64,000 nt of DNA from Dehalococcoidia bacterium UBA6627 (GTDB lineage Bacteria > Chloroflexota > Dehalococcoidia > UBA2979). A program made the position numbers and the translations under genes. Numbering within the stretch: position 1 is the first letter of the stretch; each line of letters begins with the position of its first letter. The notes beneath the pieces were generated by a model, which had not been told where the DNA came from, did not search any database, and was given only the letters and a program-made list of their open reading frames with translations. The DNA lies in the NCBI GenBank assembly GCA_002455955.1, contig DKLZ01000086.1, positions 15,014 through 79,013 on the forward strand, in the 5' to 3' direction. Of this stretch, positions 26,922 to 35,675 are shown piece by piece.

Positions 26922-28034
26922 TCAATTAGCATCACCCGAATTATTTGGAGACTGAACCAGTCTATCGAGGCCGTTCACATCTTCTTTAGCCATAAGCAGG
27001 CGACGTGCGGGATAATTCACCACGATGCCTTCTCGGTTCAACCGAGAGTGAATTCTTTTCATCATTTCATGCTTGAGGTAGAACGAGTCCGACCATGTCT
27101 TCGCGCGCATTTTCACGAAAAATCCCACATTCGAATCTCCGAACTCGGAAAACCGGAATAGCGGTGTACGTTCAGGATCGACGATATCGAGATTTGCCGC
27201 GAGGTCGTTCAATTCTTCCAGAATTACCTGTTCAACTCGATCTAGATCTTCTTCATAAGCAACCCCGCTATCAACACGCGCATCCGCACGTGCATCCGAG
27301 GAATCGAAGTTCGTGATCGTCGAATTAGCGAGTTCCGAGTTCGGCACAAGAACAATATTGTTGTCAAAGGTACGAATACGAGCTGCTCGCCAGCCAATGT
27401 CCTCAACAACACCAGTCGGACCGCCGGCAACTTGAATAAAATCGCCGACAGCAACTGAAGCATCGGTGATGATATAGGAACTGGCGAAAATATTGCTGAG
27501 TAATGGTTGGAGTGCGAGTGCCATCGCTAAACCACCGATACCCAGTCCAGCGAGGAGCGGACTAACCGAGACTCCTAACGCATCAAGAACCAGAAGCAGC
27601 CCAATCGTGAGCACCAATACATTGAGAATCCTTCTTACGAACGGAAGTGAGCGAGAGTCGAATCCTGGCAATCCTCCAGTTTCAGGTCGATGCCCAAACC
27701 AATCGAGTAATCCAACAATAATCCGACGACTCGCCGCAATTACGAGTATGAGCGTTAATGCCGCCCAAACACGCCGAATGATGTCCGAATAATCACTAAG
27801 GTATGAGAGTGTCAGCAGAGCAATATAGACACCCTGTATTGCTATAAACAGCACCAATGGTCCACGTACAGCGTTGACAACGAGATCATCTAGGTCAGTC
27901 TCAGTAGACTTAGTAAAGATCTGAACAATGCGCCCAGATAGTCTTGAGACCAAACCCGCAAGCACCAACCCACCTACAGCGATTGATACAGCAAAACCAG
28001 TTTCAATTAGAGCATCGCGACTGATATCAAACAT
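26922..28034 (-). CDS. Mechanosensitive ion channel (MscS family)
   Basis: 370-aa ORF with N-terminal TM helices and the MscS beta-domain signature VAVGDFIQVAGGPTGVVEDIGWRAARIRTFDNNIVLVPNSEL. Confidence 0.85.
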   Translation of the reverse strand: MFDISRDALIETGFAVSIAVGGLVLAGLVSRLSGRIVQIFTKSTETDLDDLVVNAVRGPLVLFIAIQGVYIALLTLSYLSDYSDIIRRVWAALTLILVIAASRRIIVGLLDWFGHRPETGGLPGFDSRSLPFVRRILNVLVLTIGLLLVLDALGVSVSPLLAGLGIGGLAMALALQPLLSNIFASSYIITDASVAVGDFIQVAGGPTGVVEDIGWRAARIRTFDNNIVLVPNSELANSTITNFDSSDARADARVDSGVAYEEDLDRVEQVILEELNDLAANLDIVDPERTPLFRFSEFGDSNVGFFVKMRAKTWSDSFYLKHEMMKRIHSRLNREGIVVNYPARRLLMAKEDVNGLDRLVQSPNNSGDAN

Positions 28035-28121
28035 TGTGAGACCCCGAACGACTCACCCCCGCAAGACTGATCCTATCGGATAATCGGCGCAAATGGCTCT
28101 GAAGTTTATATACTGGTAGTT

Positions 28122-28961
28122 ATGTTCCGCACGATAGGTCACACTTTTGAGCTAATAAAGATGAGCTGGTCGGTCTTCATGAAAGATCGCGAGCTGATTT
28201 TATTTCCGCTTATGGCGGCTTGCGGAGTGTTAATCGTAATAGGAATTTTCTACGGATTCGCAGCCAGCACTGGAACACTCGACCGCCTCAACGCTGCAAC
28301 AACAGGAGCTGGAACTGAGGAAACAACGTCCTTAGATATCGTGCTCGGCATTGCGCTCTATGCGTCAACAACATTCGTAGTCATATTCTTCAACGCCGCA
28401 CTCGTCGCGGCCGCGCTTGAGCGACTACGCGGAGGTGATCCAAACATCAGTTCAGGGCTTCGTGTCGCACTTAAACACCTACCAGCAATCTTCGCTTGGG
28501 CGTTAATTTCAGCAACAGTCGGACTGATTTTGCAGATCGCACGAGGCCGAACCGATAATTTCCTAGGAAGACTTGCAATCGAAATGGTCGGCGGCGTGTG
28601 GGCTTATATGACCTTCTTCGTAGTACCAGTGCTCGTCGCCGAGGGCATTGGCCCAATTCAGGGAATAAAACGCTCAGCTAGCCTGTTCCGTCAAACATGG
28701 GGACGCCAGGCTACATCGTCGTTTGCATTCATGATCGTATACATCGTGGCAGTGATATTAGCCGTTTTACCCGCGGCCCTGCTGTTCGCAATAGAACCGA
28801 TATTGGGAATCGTCATCGGAGCGATCACCATCCCGATGGCGGTTGGTTGTGTGCAAGCAATCGAAGGTATTTTCAAAGCTGCTCTGTATGAATTTGCCAA
28901 CGGTGAATCACCTTTGGAATTCGATCGAGAGACCCTATCAAGTGCTTACCAAGCACTGTAA
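28122..28961 (+). CDS. Hypothetical polytopic membrane protein (DUF6159-like, tentative)
   Basis: 279-aa ORF with ~6 hydrophobic segments. The N-terminus FELIKMSWSVFMKDRELILFPLM resembles that family from memory only. Confidence 0.55.
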   Translation: MFRTIGHTFELIKMSWSVFMKDRELILFPLMAACGVLIVIGIFYGFAASTGTLDRLNAATTGAGTEETTSLDIVLGIALYASTTFVVIFFNAALVAAALERLRGGDPNISSGLRVALKHLPAIFAWALISATVGLILQIARGRTDNFLGRLAIEMVGGVWAYMTFFVVPVLVAEGIGPIQGIKRSASLFRQTWGRQATSSFAFMIVYIVAVILAVLPAALLFAIEPILGIVIGAITIPMAVGCVQAIEGIFKAALYEFANGESPLEFDRETLSSAYQAL

Positions 28962-28964
28962 TCA

Positions 28965-29618
28965 TTAACTACAGTCAAGGATATCCATCTCATCTCGAAA
29001 GTTATCTAGAAGCGCAGCGAACTCCTCTGGTGTATTCACATTTATGAACGATCTGCCTTCCGGATCGGAATTTCTCCATTCTTCAGGTTGCATCAGAAAC
29101 GTATCAAGGTCAGCGGCAATTGCCATCGGTGCGCGATCGCCGGCATCAATGTGTGAACGCAGCACAGGCAAAGCGGTGACTGCGAATGCTGAGCACAATG
29201 GTTGTGGTCGATCATTCGCAACAGGGACAACCCAGCGATGCTTCTCATCGAGTCGGTCAACCAATCGCCGAACCAATTCAATCTCGACGAATGGCATGTC
29301 AACAGCAACGACAATTGCTACATCAGCGTCGCAAGCTTCGAGTCCAGCTACGATCCCGACGAGAGGCCCTTCACCTTCTACCGGATCATCAACAGTACGA
29401 ACCGGCTTGTCGGTTGTAACTGGAGGTAACGGTCGACCAGGTGATCCGACTAGTACTAACTGGTCTACTGCGGGAGTGAGACGGGCAACGCTTCGCTGGA
29501 GCAGCGTCATACCATTGAATTCTAGTGATGCCTTATCGACACCCATCCTGCTTGAGCGACCACCAACGAGAATGACTCCAGATACTCTTATGTCTTCGTT
29601 CATTGTGGTAAGTGACAT
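28965..29618 (-). CDS. Molybdenum cofactor nucleotidyltransferase (MobA/MocA family)
   Basis: 217-aa ORF. GVILVGGRSSRMGVDKASLEFNGMTLL is the MobA-type NTP-transferase motif. Confidence 0.8.
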   Translation of the reverse strand: MSLTTMNEDIRVSGVILVGGRSSRMGVDKASLEFNGMTLLQRSVARLTPAVDQLVLVGSPGRPLPPVTTDKPVRTVDDPVEGEGPLVGIVAGLEACDADVAIVVAVDMPFVEIELVRRLVDRLDEKHRWVVPVANDRPQPLCSAFAVTALPVLRSHIDAGDRAPMAIAADLDTFLMQPEEWRNSDPEGRSFINVNTPEEFAALLDNFRDEMDILDCS

Positions 29619-29654
29619 TGTCTCACCTCATAGTTATCAACTGAGGATAAGTCC

Positions 29655-30416
29655 GTGGAACCTCCTATGACATTCTGGGAAGCACTTGATTTAGACAGAG
29701 CAACACCGCCTGTCGTTGCAATCGTGGGTGGAGGAGGGAAAACGTCACTACTGTTTCGTCTAGCTCAGAATGCCCACCAGCTTGGTTATTCCACAGTACT
29801 AAGCGGCACGACACGCTTCACGACACCACCTGCGCTCAGCAGTAATATTCATCTAACCGAGATTACATCGCCGAAACAGGTACAAGAGCTCGTAAAAACA
29901 CTAAACACCCACGACACGATCGTTGCCCACGCAGGAAAAGAGCCAAAGGCACGCTGGGCACCAATTGAAACAGCAACAGCAGACGAAATAGCAGCAATAC
30001 CCGGCCTTGGACTATTCGCAATAGAGGCTGATGGCAGCAAGATGCTACCGTTCAAGGCGCCCGCAGAACACGAGCCAGTTATCCCCTACTCAGCTACTCA
30101 TGTCGTTGCAGTCGTTGGCCTGAGCGCACTCGACACCCCGCTAGACAGCCGATACGTCCATCGTCCAGAGAAAATCCGCTCAATCATAGAAAACCAGCAA
30201 CATGCTTCTATTGAAGTTATTGCTCGTGTACTCACCGACATACGAGGTGGACGCAAGGGCGTAAAACAGCGCCACTTCTCCGTAGTGGTAAACCAGGCTG
30301 ACCTGCATCCTGAACGCGCACTGCTACTCGGTAAAGCGATTCGACGTGCGGGTGCACCTCGAGTCATCGTCACAGCGCTCCGCGACAATAACTCTCTGAT
30401 TAAAGCAGTGCTCTGA
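29655..30416 (+). CDS. YqeC-like accessory protein (putative selenium/molybdenum-hydroxylase maturation family)
   Basis: 253-aa ORF. FWEALDLDRATPPVVAIVGGGGKTSLLFRLA matches the YqeC N-terminal P-loop-like pattern. It is divergent from the MobA-like gene. Confidence 0.65.
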   Translation: MEPPMTFWEALDLDRATPPVVAIVGGGGKTSLLFRLAQNAHQLGYSTVLSGTTRFTTPPALSSNIHLTEITSPKQVQELVKTLNTHDTIVAHAGKEPKARWAPIETATADEIAAIPGLGLFAIEADGSKMLPFKAPAEHEPVIPYSATHVVAVVGLSALDTPLDSRYVHRPEKIRSIIENQQHASIEVIARVLTDIRGGRKGVKQRHFSVVVNQADLHPERALLLGKAIRRAGAPRVIVTALRDNNSLIKAVL

Positions 30417-30683
30417 AGCTACTTCGATGCAAAATATGAATCGAAATTGTGCACCACGATACTTCCCGTTGACCGCTCACACGCCAAAACCGCATGAGAT
30501 TACCTTGAGTAGATAGAACTAGGCCGCTGCAATGTACGAGTTGGCTAGCGAACCGTCGGATGAGCTCTAACGTCAAACTCACGCTTCATAGACGTTTGGG
30601 TAGAAACACCGATTGACTGATTTCATCAACTGCACCTGCCATTAATGTGGAGAGGCGCAGTACGCTAGAGAACGGAGGACATC

Positions 30684-31946
30684 GTGCCCACTTATATAGT
30701 TCTACTGATTCTCCTATTACTTCTCTCAGCCTTTTTCTCAGGCTCAGAGACAGCTTTCCTATCTCTGGACCGGGTTCGTCTGACACACCGCGTCCGCGAA
30801 AACGAGCCTGGCGCATCACGCGTCCAAACTTTACTCGACCGTCCACACCGCTTGCTGAGCGCGATCCTTCTGGGGAATAACCTCGTAAATACTGGAGCAG
30901 CAGCAGTCGGAACGGTTATTGTCACAGAATTGATCGATGGCGGCGGCGGTCTCCTGCTAGCAACGATGGCCATCACGGCACTGTTAATCTTAATTGGCGA
31001 AGTCACACCAAAGACACTCGCGCTCAGCCATGCGTTCACTGTGAGTCGTATCTACGCTTGGCCACTCACACTTTGGTCCCGAGCCACTAGTCCAGTGGTC
31101 TGGATCCTGGACGCTTTGACTCGAGGTCTCATCCGTACGTTCGGTGGCGAGTCAATTGAAGGCACCACCACACTGAATACCGCCGAACTCGGCACAGCCA
31201 TCCGTCTAGGCGCAGAAAGTGGTGAACTCGCTGCCGAGGATTCCGAACGCATGCTTGGCGTACTGAATCTCCAGCAACGCCAGGTGCAGGAGATCATGGT
31301 ATCGCGGATGGACATGACCGCTGTGCCAACCAGTGCTCCTTTAATTGAAGTTGCTCAACTGCTTAGCAACTTTGGCTTCCAACGCCTTCCTGTGTACGCG
31401 GAAAGCCCAGATGAAGTTGTCGGCTACATCCACGTCACCGATGTGAACACTGCCCACTTGAATGGACTCAATACCAGCGTTGCTGAAGACCTGATGCGCC
31501 CGGCAACATTCGAATCGGAGCATGCTCCGATCACACGTGTTCTCAATCTCATGCGCGACCGTGGTCGCTATATTGTGATGCTTGTTGACGAACACGGTGC
31601 GACATCAGGTCTCGTCACTCTCGAGGACATCATGGAGGAAGTGCTTGGACCGCTTCAGAGCGAAAGTGGGGCCGAGAACGAAACACAGCCAGAAAGTCTA
31701 GGACGAATTGGCCGCATCGAACTTGACGGCAACACTCTACTCGTAGATATCTCAAGTCAGGTCGATGTCGACTTAACTGATGTCGAGGCAAACACCGTCG
31801 CCGGTCTAGTATTAGCGCATATGAGACGGTTCCCGAGTGTGGGAGAACAGATCGATCATGCAGGTTTACGCTTCACGGTGTTAGAGATGGACGAACGTCG
31901 AATTTCCCGTGTCTCGATCGAACGAAGCAGCATCGGACACCCTTAA
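30684..31946 (+). CDS. CNNM/CorC-type transporter (DUF21-CBS pair-CorC_HlyC; hemolysin-family protein)
   Basis: 420-aa ORF with a GTG start preceded by GGAGGA. It has the DUF21 motif FFSGSETAFLSL, then a CBS pair and the C-terminal transporter-associated domain. Confidence 0.85.
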   Translation: MPTYIVLLILLLLLSAFFSGSETAFLSLDRVRLTHRVRENEPGASRVQTLLDRPHRLLSAILLGNNLVNTGAAAVGTVIVTELIDGGGGLLLATMAITALLILIGEVTPKTLALSHAFTVSRIYAWPLTLWSRATSPVVWILDALTRGLIRTFGGESIEGTTTLNTAELGTAIRLGAESGELAAEDSERMLGVLNLQQRQVQEIMVSRMDMTAVPTSAPLIEVAQLLSNFGFQRLPVYAESPDEVVGYIHVTDVNTAHLNGLNTSVAEDLMRPATFESEHAPITRVLNLMRDRGRYIVMLVDEHGATSGLVTLEDIMEEVLGPLQSESGAENETQPESLGRIGRIELDGNTLLVDISSQVDVDLTDVEANTVAGLVLAHMRRFPSVGEQIDHAGLRFTVLEMDERRISRVSIERSSIGHP

Positions 31947-31967
31947 CAGTGATAGCTAAAAGGGACC

Positions 31968-32492
31968 TTAGTGATCATCAAGCGGTGGCTGAGTAGCACG
32001 GAGTTCGTGCTTAAGTAGCCATATTTTCCGATAGAGACCTCCTGCATAACCAGTCGGTGTCCCATCCGCGCCAATCACTCGATGACACGGCACAACGATC
32101 GAGATGGGATTACGGTGGTTAGCTGCTCCAACCGCTCGGAATGCCAACGGTTTCCCTATCACCTTGGCGATCGCTCCATAGCTCATGGTCTCGCCTGCTG
32201 GAATCTCCCTCAATGCTTGCCAAACTCTGAGCTGAAATTCTGTCCCACGAGGAGCTAGAACCAAATCGAACTTGTCACGTTGGTGATGAAAGTATTGCCT
32301 GAGCTGATAAATCAATTCTGCGGAACCGGTGCCATTAACTATGGCCTTTTCTCCCGAAGCAGCTTCTACCTCAGCAGCAAGCAGTGCATCTGACTCGCGT
32401 TGATCAACGAACTTGATAATGTGGACACCTGCATCAGATCCTCCGACAAATATCTGACCAATGGGGCTATCCATCAGAGCAAAATATGCCAT
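31968..32492 (-). CDS. ogt: Methylated-DNA--protein-cysteine methyltransferase
   Basis: The active site is VPCHRVIGADG. The ORF track extends to 32768, but Met93 (32492) gives the usual N-terminus MAYFALMDSPIG and has GGAG upstream. Confidence 0.85.
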   Translation of the reverse strand: MAYFALMDSPIGQIFVGGSDAGVHIIKFVDQRESDALLAAEVEAASGEKAIVNGTGSAELIYQLRQYFHHQRDKFDLVLAPRGTEFQLRVWQALREIPAGETMSYGAIAKVIGKPLAFRAVGAANHRNPISIVVPCHRVIGADGTPTGYAGGLYRKIWLLKHELRATQPPLDDH

Positions 32493-32556
32493 CGTGGGGA
32501 CTCCGATCATTTGATCAAAGAAAACTGTCCGCACATCCAAGCATTCTTGACAGCAA

Positions 32557-32592
32557 TCATGACGACACTCATGATCTCCGTCGTGATCATGA
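32557..32592. promoter_or_regulatory. Three TCATGA palindromes in the ogt / aldolase divergent intergenic region (candidate operator)
   Basis: TCATGA occurs at 32557-62, 32569-74 and 32587-92. Copies 2 and 3 extend to the 9-bp inverted repeat CTCATGATC / GATCATGAG. Confidence 0.3.
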
Positions 32593-32630
32593 GTAATAAT
32601 CGAAATTATATAAAAAAGGAACAGCATCAA

Positions 32631-33407
32631 ATGCGGAATAACCGGGTACTCGACACGTGGCGCAATGGTGGTCAGACAATCGGCGGTTGGCTCTCGATAG
32701 ACTCGTCGTTCGGAGCCGAGGCTATGGCACATGTCGGTTTCGACTGGCTGTGCATCGATCTCCAGCATGGGGCAGCAGAGACTGCATCAGTATTACCGAT
32801 GCTGCAAGGCATCTCCAACACTGACACTGTCCCGTTCGTACGCGTTCCTTGGAATGATCCCGCTACGATAATGCGTGTTCTCGATGCTGGTGCTTACGGC
32901 GTAATCGTCCCACTGGTAAATAACCGGGAGGAAGCCGAACGTGCAGTCTGGGCTACCCGCTATCCACCGGTTGGCGGCCGCTCTTCTGGTCCCTATCGTG
33001 CGCCCATGTATGCAGGTGCAGACTACCAGCGTGAAGCAAACGACAAAATTGCGCTAGTGGTTATGATCGAAACTGCAGAAGCACTCGAAAATCTCGATGA
33101 CATCCTAGCCGTTGATGGCATCGACGCCGCATACATCGGTCCGTCAGATCTTGCCTACGGCATCGGCCTTACACCCACTGGTGACAATAATGACCCTAGG
33201 CATGTAGAGACTGTCGAGACTATTTATAACGCTTGCAAGAAGCACAACGTAGCGCCAGGTATACATACTGCAAGTGCCGAATTCACGAAACGCTGGCTTG
33301 ACCATGGTTTCCAAATGGTCATGCTCGGGGGCGACGTAGCATTCATGCGCAATGCTGCCACAGACCAACTCACTGACGTTCGTATCCACGCGTCTAGCGA
33401 AGGATAA
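32631..33407 (+). CDS. HpcH/HpaI-family aldolase
   Basis: The ORF track starts at 32400. Met78 (32631), preceded by AAGGAA, gives MRNNRVLDTWRNGGQTIGGWLS. Other family motifs are DWLCIDLQHG, VRVPWNDPATIMRVLDAGAYGVIVPLV and MIETAEALENLDDIL. Confidence 0.8.
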   Translation: MRNNRVLDTWRNGGQTIGGWLSIDSSFGAEAMAHVGFDWLCIDLQHGAAETASVLPMLQGISNTDTVPFVRVPWNDPATIMRVLDAGAYGVIVPLVNNREEAERAVWATRYPPVGGRSSGPYRAPMYAGADYQREANDKIALVVMIETAEALENLDDILAVDGIDAAYIGPSDLAYGIGLTPTGDNNDPRHVETVETIYNACKKHNVAPGIHTASAEFTKRWLDHGFQMVMLGGDVAFMRNAATDQLTDVRIHASSEG

Positions 33408-34470
33408 TCCAATCCCAACTATTCAAGTCAATCCACTTCGAACCTATATCCGACAAATTTTCTCCGCCACCGGAGCCCCCGAAGAAGAAGCTGCCATCGT
33501 GGCAAATCATCTAGTCGAAGCAAACCTCATGGGCCACGATTCGCACGGCATCGTTCGTACACTTCAGTACGTCACTCAAACTCAAAACGGTGGCATTGTC
33601 CCTGGAGCACCACTTGAAGTCATCGGTGGCGATGCTGCTACCGCCGTGTTAAATGTCAACCACAATTTCGGCCAAGTAGGCGCGACAAGAGCAATGGAAA
33701 TCGCAATAGAGCGGGCCGGCGAATATGGCGTAGGAGTCGTCGTAACACGTAACTGTGGCCATATCGGCCGCATCGGTGCATATGGGCAAATGGCAGCTGC
33801 AAAGAACATGATCGGGATCGCCTGCGTCAACAACCCAGGGACAGACGGCCTCGTCGCTCCCTTTGGTGGTGCGAAGGCTCGCCTAGGCACAAACCCCTTC
33901 TCTGTAGTGAGCCCGACAAGCAATCCTGAGCAACCTTTCGTGCTCGATTTTGCTACCTCAGTTGCTGCTGAAGGAAAGGTGCGTGTTGCACTCAATAAGG
34001 GAGTTGATTTGCCGCCTGAGTACCTGATCGATAGCGATGGTAATCCAACACAGACTCCAGCAGATCTTTACCCCAACGAATCCGGTGCACGTGGTGCGTT
34101 ACTGCCATTCGGTGGAACCGTTGGCTATAAGGGTTACGGTTTAGCAGTGGCAATCGAAGCACTCTCTGGTGCTCTCTCAGGTTCTGGTGCCGCGGGTGGT
34201 GAAAATCGGCTCGGTAACGGCGTCTTTGTCTTAGCACTCAATATTTCGACGTTCACGAATCAAAGTAGTTTCTATGAGATTTTCGACGGCTTGATAGACC
34301 ACGTCACCCAAGAACCATTTCGTGAAGGTCAAGAGGTGATCACCGCAGGTGAACCCGAACGTCGCCACATGGACCAGCGCCTCGCCAATGGCATAGAAAT
34401 CGACAATCAGACATGGCAACAAGTTCAAGAGAGCGGCGAGACAGTCGGTGTTACTCCGCTGGAAGCTTAA
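33352..34470 (+). CDS. Ldh2-family (malate/L-lactate/sulfolactate-type) dehydrogenase
   Basis: 372-aa ORF with NLMGHDSHGI, NCGHIGRIGAY and GTNPFSV, typical of the Ldh_2 family. The only in-frame ATG overlaps the upstream gene by 56 nt. Confidence 0.8.
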   Translation: MLPQTNSLTFVSTRLAKDNPIPTIQVNPLRTYIRQIFSATGAPEEEAAIVANHLVEANLMGHDSHGIVRTLQYVTQTQNGGIVPGAPLEVIGGDAATAVLNVNHNFGQVGATRAMEIAIERAGEYGVGVVVTRNCGHIGRIGAYGQMAAAKNMIGIACVNNPGTDGLVAPFGGAKARLGTNPFSVVSPTSNPEQPFVLDFATSVAAEGKVRVALNKGVDLPPEYLIDSDGNPTQTPADLYPNESGARGALLPFGGTVGYKGYGLAVAIEALSGALSGSGAAGGENRLGNGVFVLALNISTFTNQSSFYEIFDGLIDHVTQEPFREGQEVITAGEPERRHMDQRLANGIEIDNQTWQQVQESGETVGVTPLEA

Positions 34471-34496
34471 CCCGAACACCGGACGTTATTAGGTAT

Positions 34497-35420
34497 CTAA
34501 CTATCTAGAGAAATAGCTCCACGTCTTGGGTACACACTCGTCACCAGAAGCTCATCAATAGCTCCGCGCCGATCAGCCTTTGAATTGATCGCCCGGCGGG
34601 CTGGTATACGTTCCACTAGATAGCGCGACGCCTCATAAGCTCCCACGACCCACTCATGTGGAGAATTCGAAAGCATCACGGGTATATCACGCTCGCGCAT
34701 TTCATCAATCAACCACTTCAACCTTAGTTGGTCTTCATGCCCAAAGTCGCTGTCAGTGTAGGCAGTAAAACTCGACGTATCCGACAGCGGGTGAAATGGA
34801 GGATCGAGGTAGACAAAGTCACCTGGCTCAGCTTCAAGACAACAATCCCCAAAATCAACTGTGGTTAATTCGGTGTTCTGGAGTGCTTGTGAAACAGCCT
34901 GAAGATTCAAACGATCGAGAATATTCGGTTTCTTGTATCGTCCGTGAGGAACGTTAAAACGCCCCTTCTGATTTACCCTGTATAGCCCATTGAAACATGT
35001 CTTATTCAGGAAAATCAGCCTCGCAGCGATTTTGATCGGTGTATCCCATTGCTCGTCACGAATCGAGTAGTAGTATGTCGCGCGCGCTTCCTCATCACAT
35101 TCAAGATAACTGACCGCCAGTGGCTCGAGACGTTCAAATAGCTCATCAAGTTGATCACGCACGACGGTGTAAGTCGTCAACAATTCGTGGTTGAGGTCGT
35201 TAAGTACCGCGCGACGAGGGGTCAATGCTGGGTTTGCCATCAGAGCAAAAAACAGCGCCCCTCCACCCAAAAATGGCTCGTAGTAAGTGTCAATAGACTC
35301 AGGAGCACGTTCCAACAACGCTGGCAATAGCTGTGATTTACCGCCCGCCCATTTAAGGAACGGTCGGGCATGAGGTAGTTCAGCTGACAGGTTGACTTTT
35401 TGTTCAGTGGGCAAGGTCAC
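34497..35420 (-). CDS. DNA N6-adenine methyltransferase (Dam / D12 class)
   Basis: 307-aa ORF with FLKWAGGKSQLLP, YYEPFLGGGALFF (the FxGxG SAM site) and YLDPPFHP (a DPPY-type catalytic motif). Confidence 0.85.
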   Translation of the reverse strand: MTLPTEQKVNLSAELPHARPFLKWAGGKSQLLPALLERAPESIDTYYEPFLGGGALFFALMANPALTPRRAVLNDLNHELLTTYTVVRDQLDELFERLEPLAVSYLECDEEARATYYYSIRDEQWDTPIKIAARLIFLNKTCFNGLYRVNQKGRFNVPHGRYKKPNILDRLNLQAVSQALQNTELTTVDFGDCCLEAEPGDFVYLDPPFHPLSDTSSFTAYTDSDFGHEDQLRLKWLIDEMRERDIPVMLSNSPHEWVVGAYEASRYLVERIPARRAINSKADRRGAIDELLVTSVYPRRGAISLDS

Positions 35421-35675
35421 AGCAATAGTGAATTCCCATATGAGCGGGGAGATGGCCGAGATATTAATTATAGCGGCCTGCTTGATCGTGAGCGAGGAAA
35501 TACATGCTCATCATAATCCGTCGACTTCAGGACACATTCTCGCAACATTTCAGACACGAACTCGAAACACCAGTGTGATTGAGTGGCATATCTCTAGAAA
35601 TAAAGAGAGCACTAATGTTCGCGACAATTGACCATTTCCATCGGAAATGCGCCGTCGCGTTGGGGAGGCAGAAAG

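Noticed and set aside
29044-29670. 208-aa plus-strand ORF
   Set aside because: It is antisense to the MobA/MocA-like gene, has a low-complexity Ser/Thr/Arg-rich translation and has no recognisable domain. It is a shadow ORF.
32493-32768. His/Asp/Cys-rich N-terminal extension of the ogt ORF (..THDHDGDHECRHDCCQECLD..) that looks like a metal-binding or Ada-like Zn module
   Set aside because: It would run through the divergent promoter region and 138 nt of the aldolase coding sequence. The Met at 32492 has an SD and gives a normal Ogt N-terminus. The odd peptide is a by-product of the repeated TCATGA hexamers.
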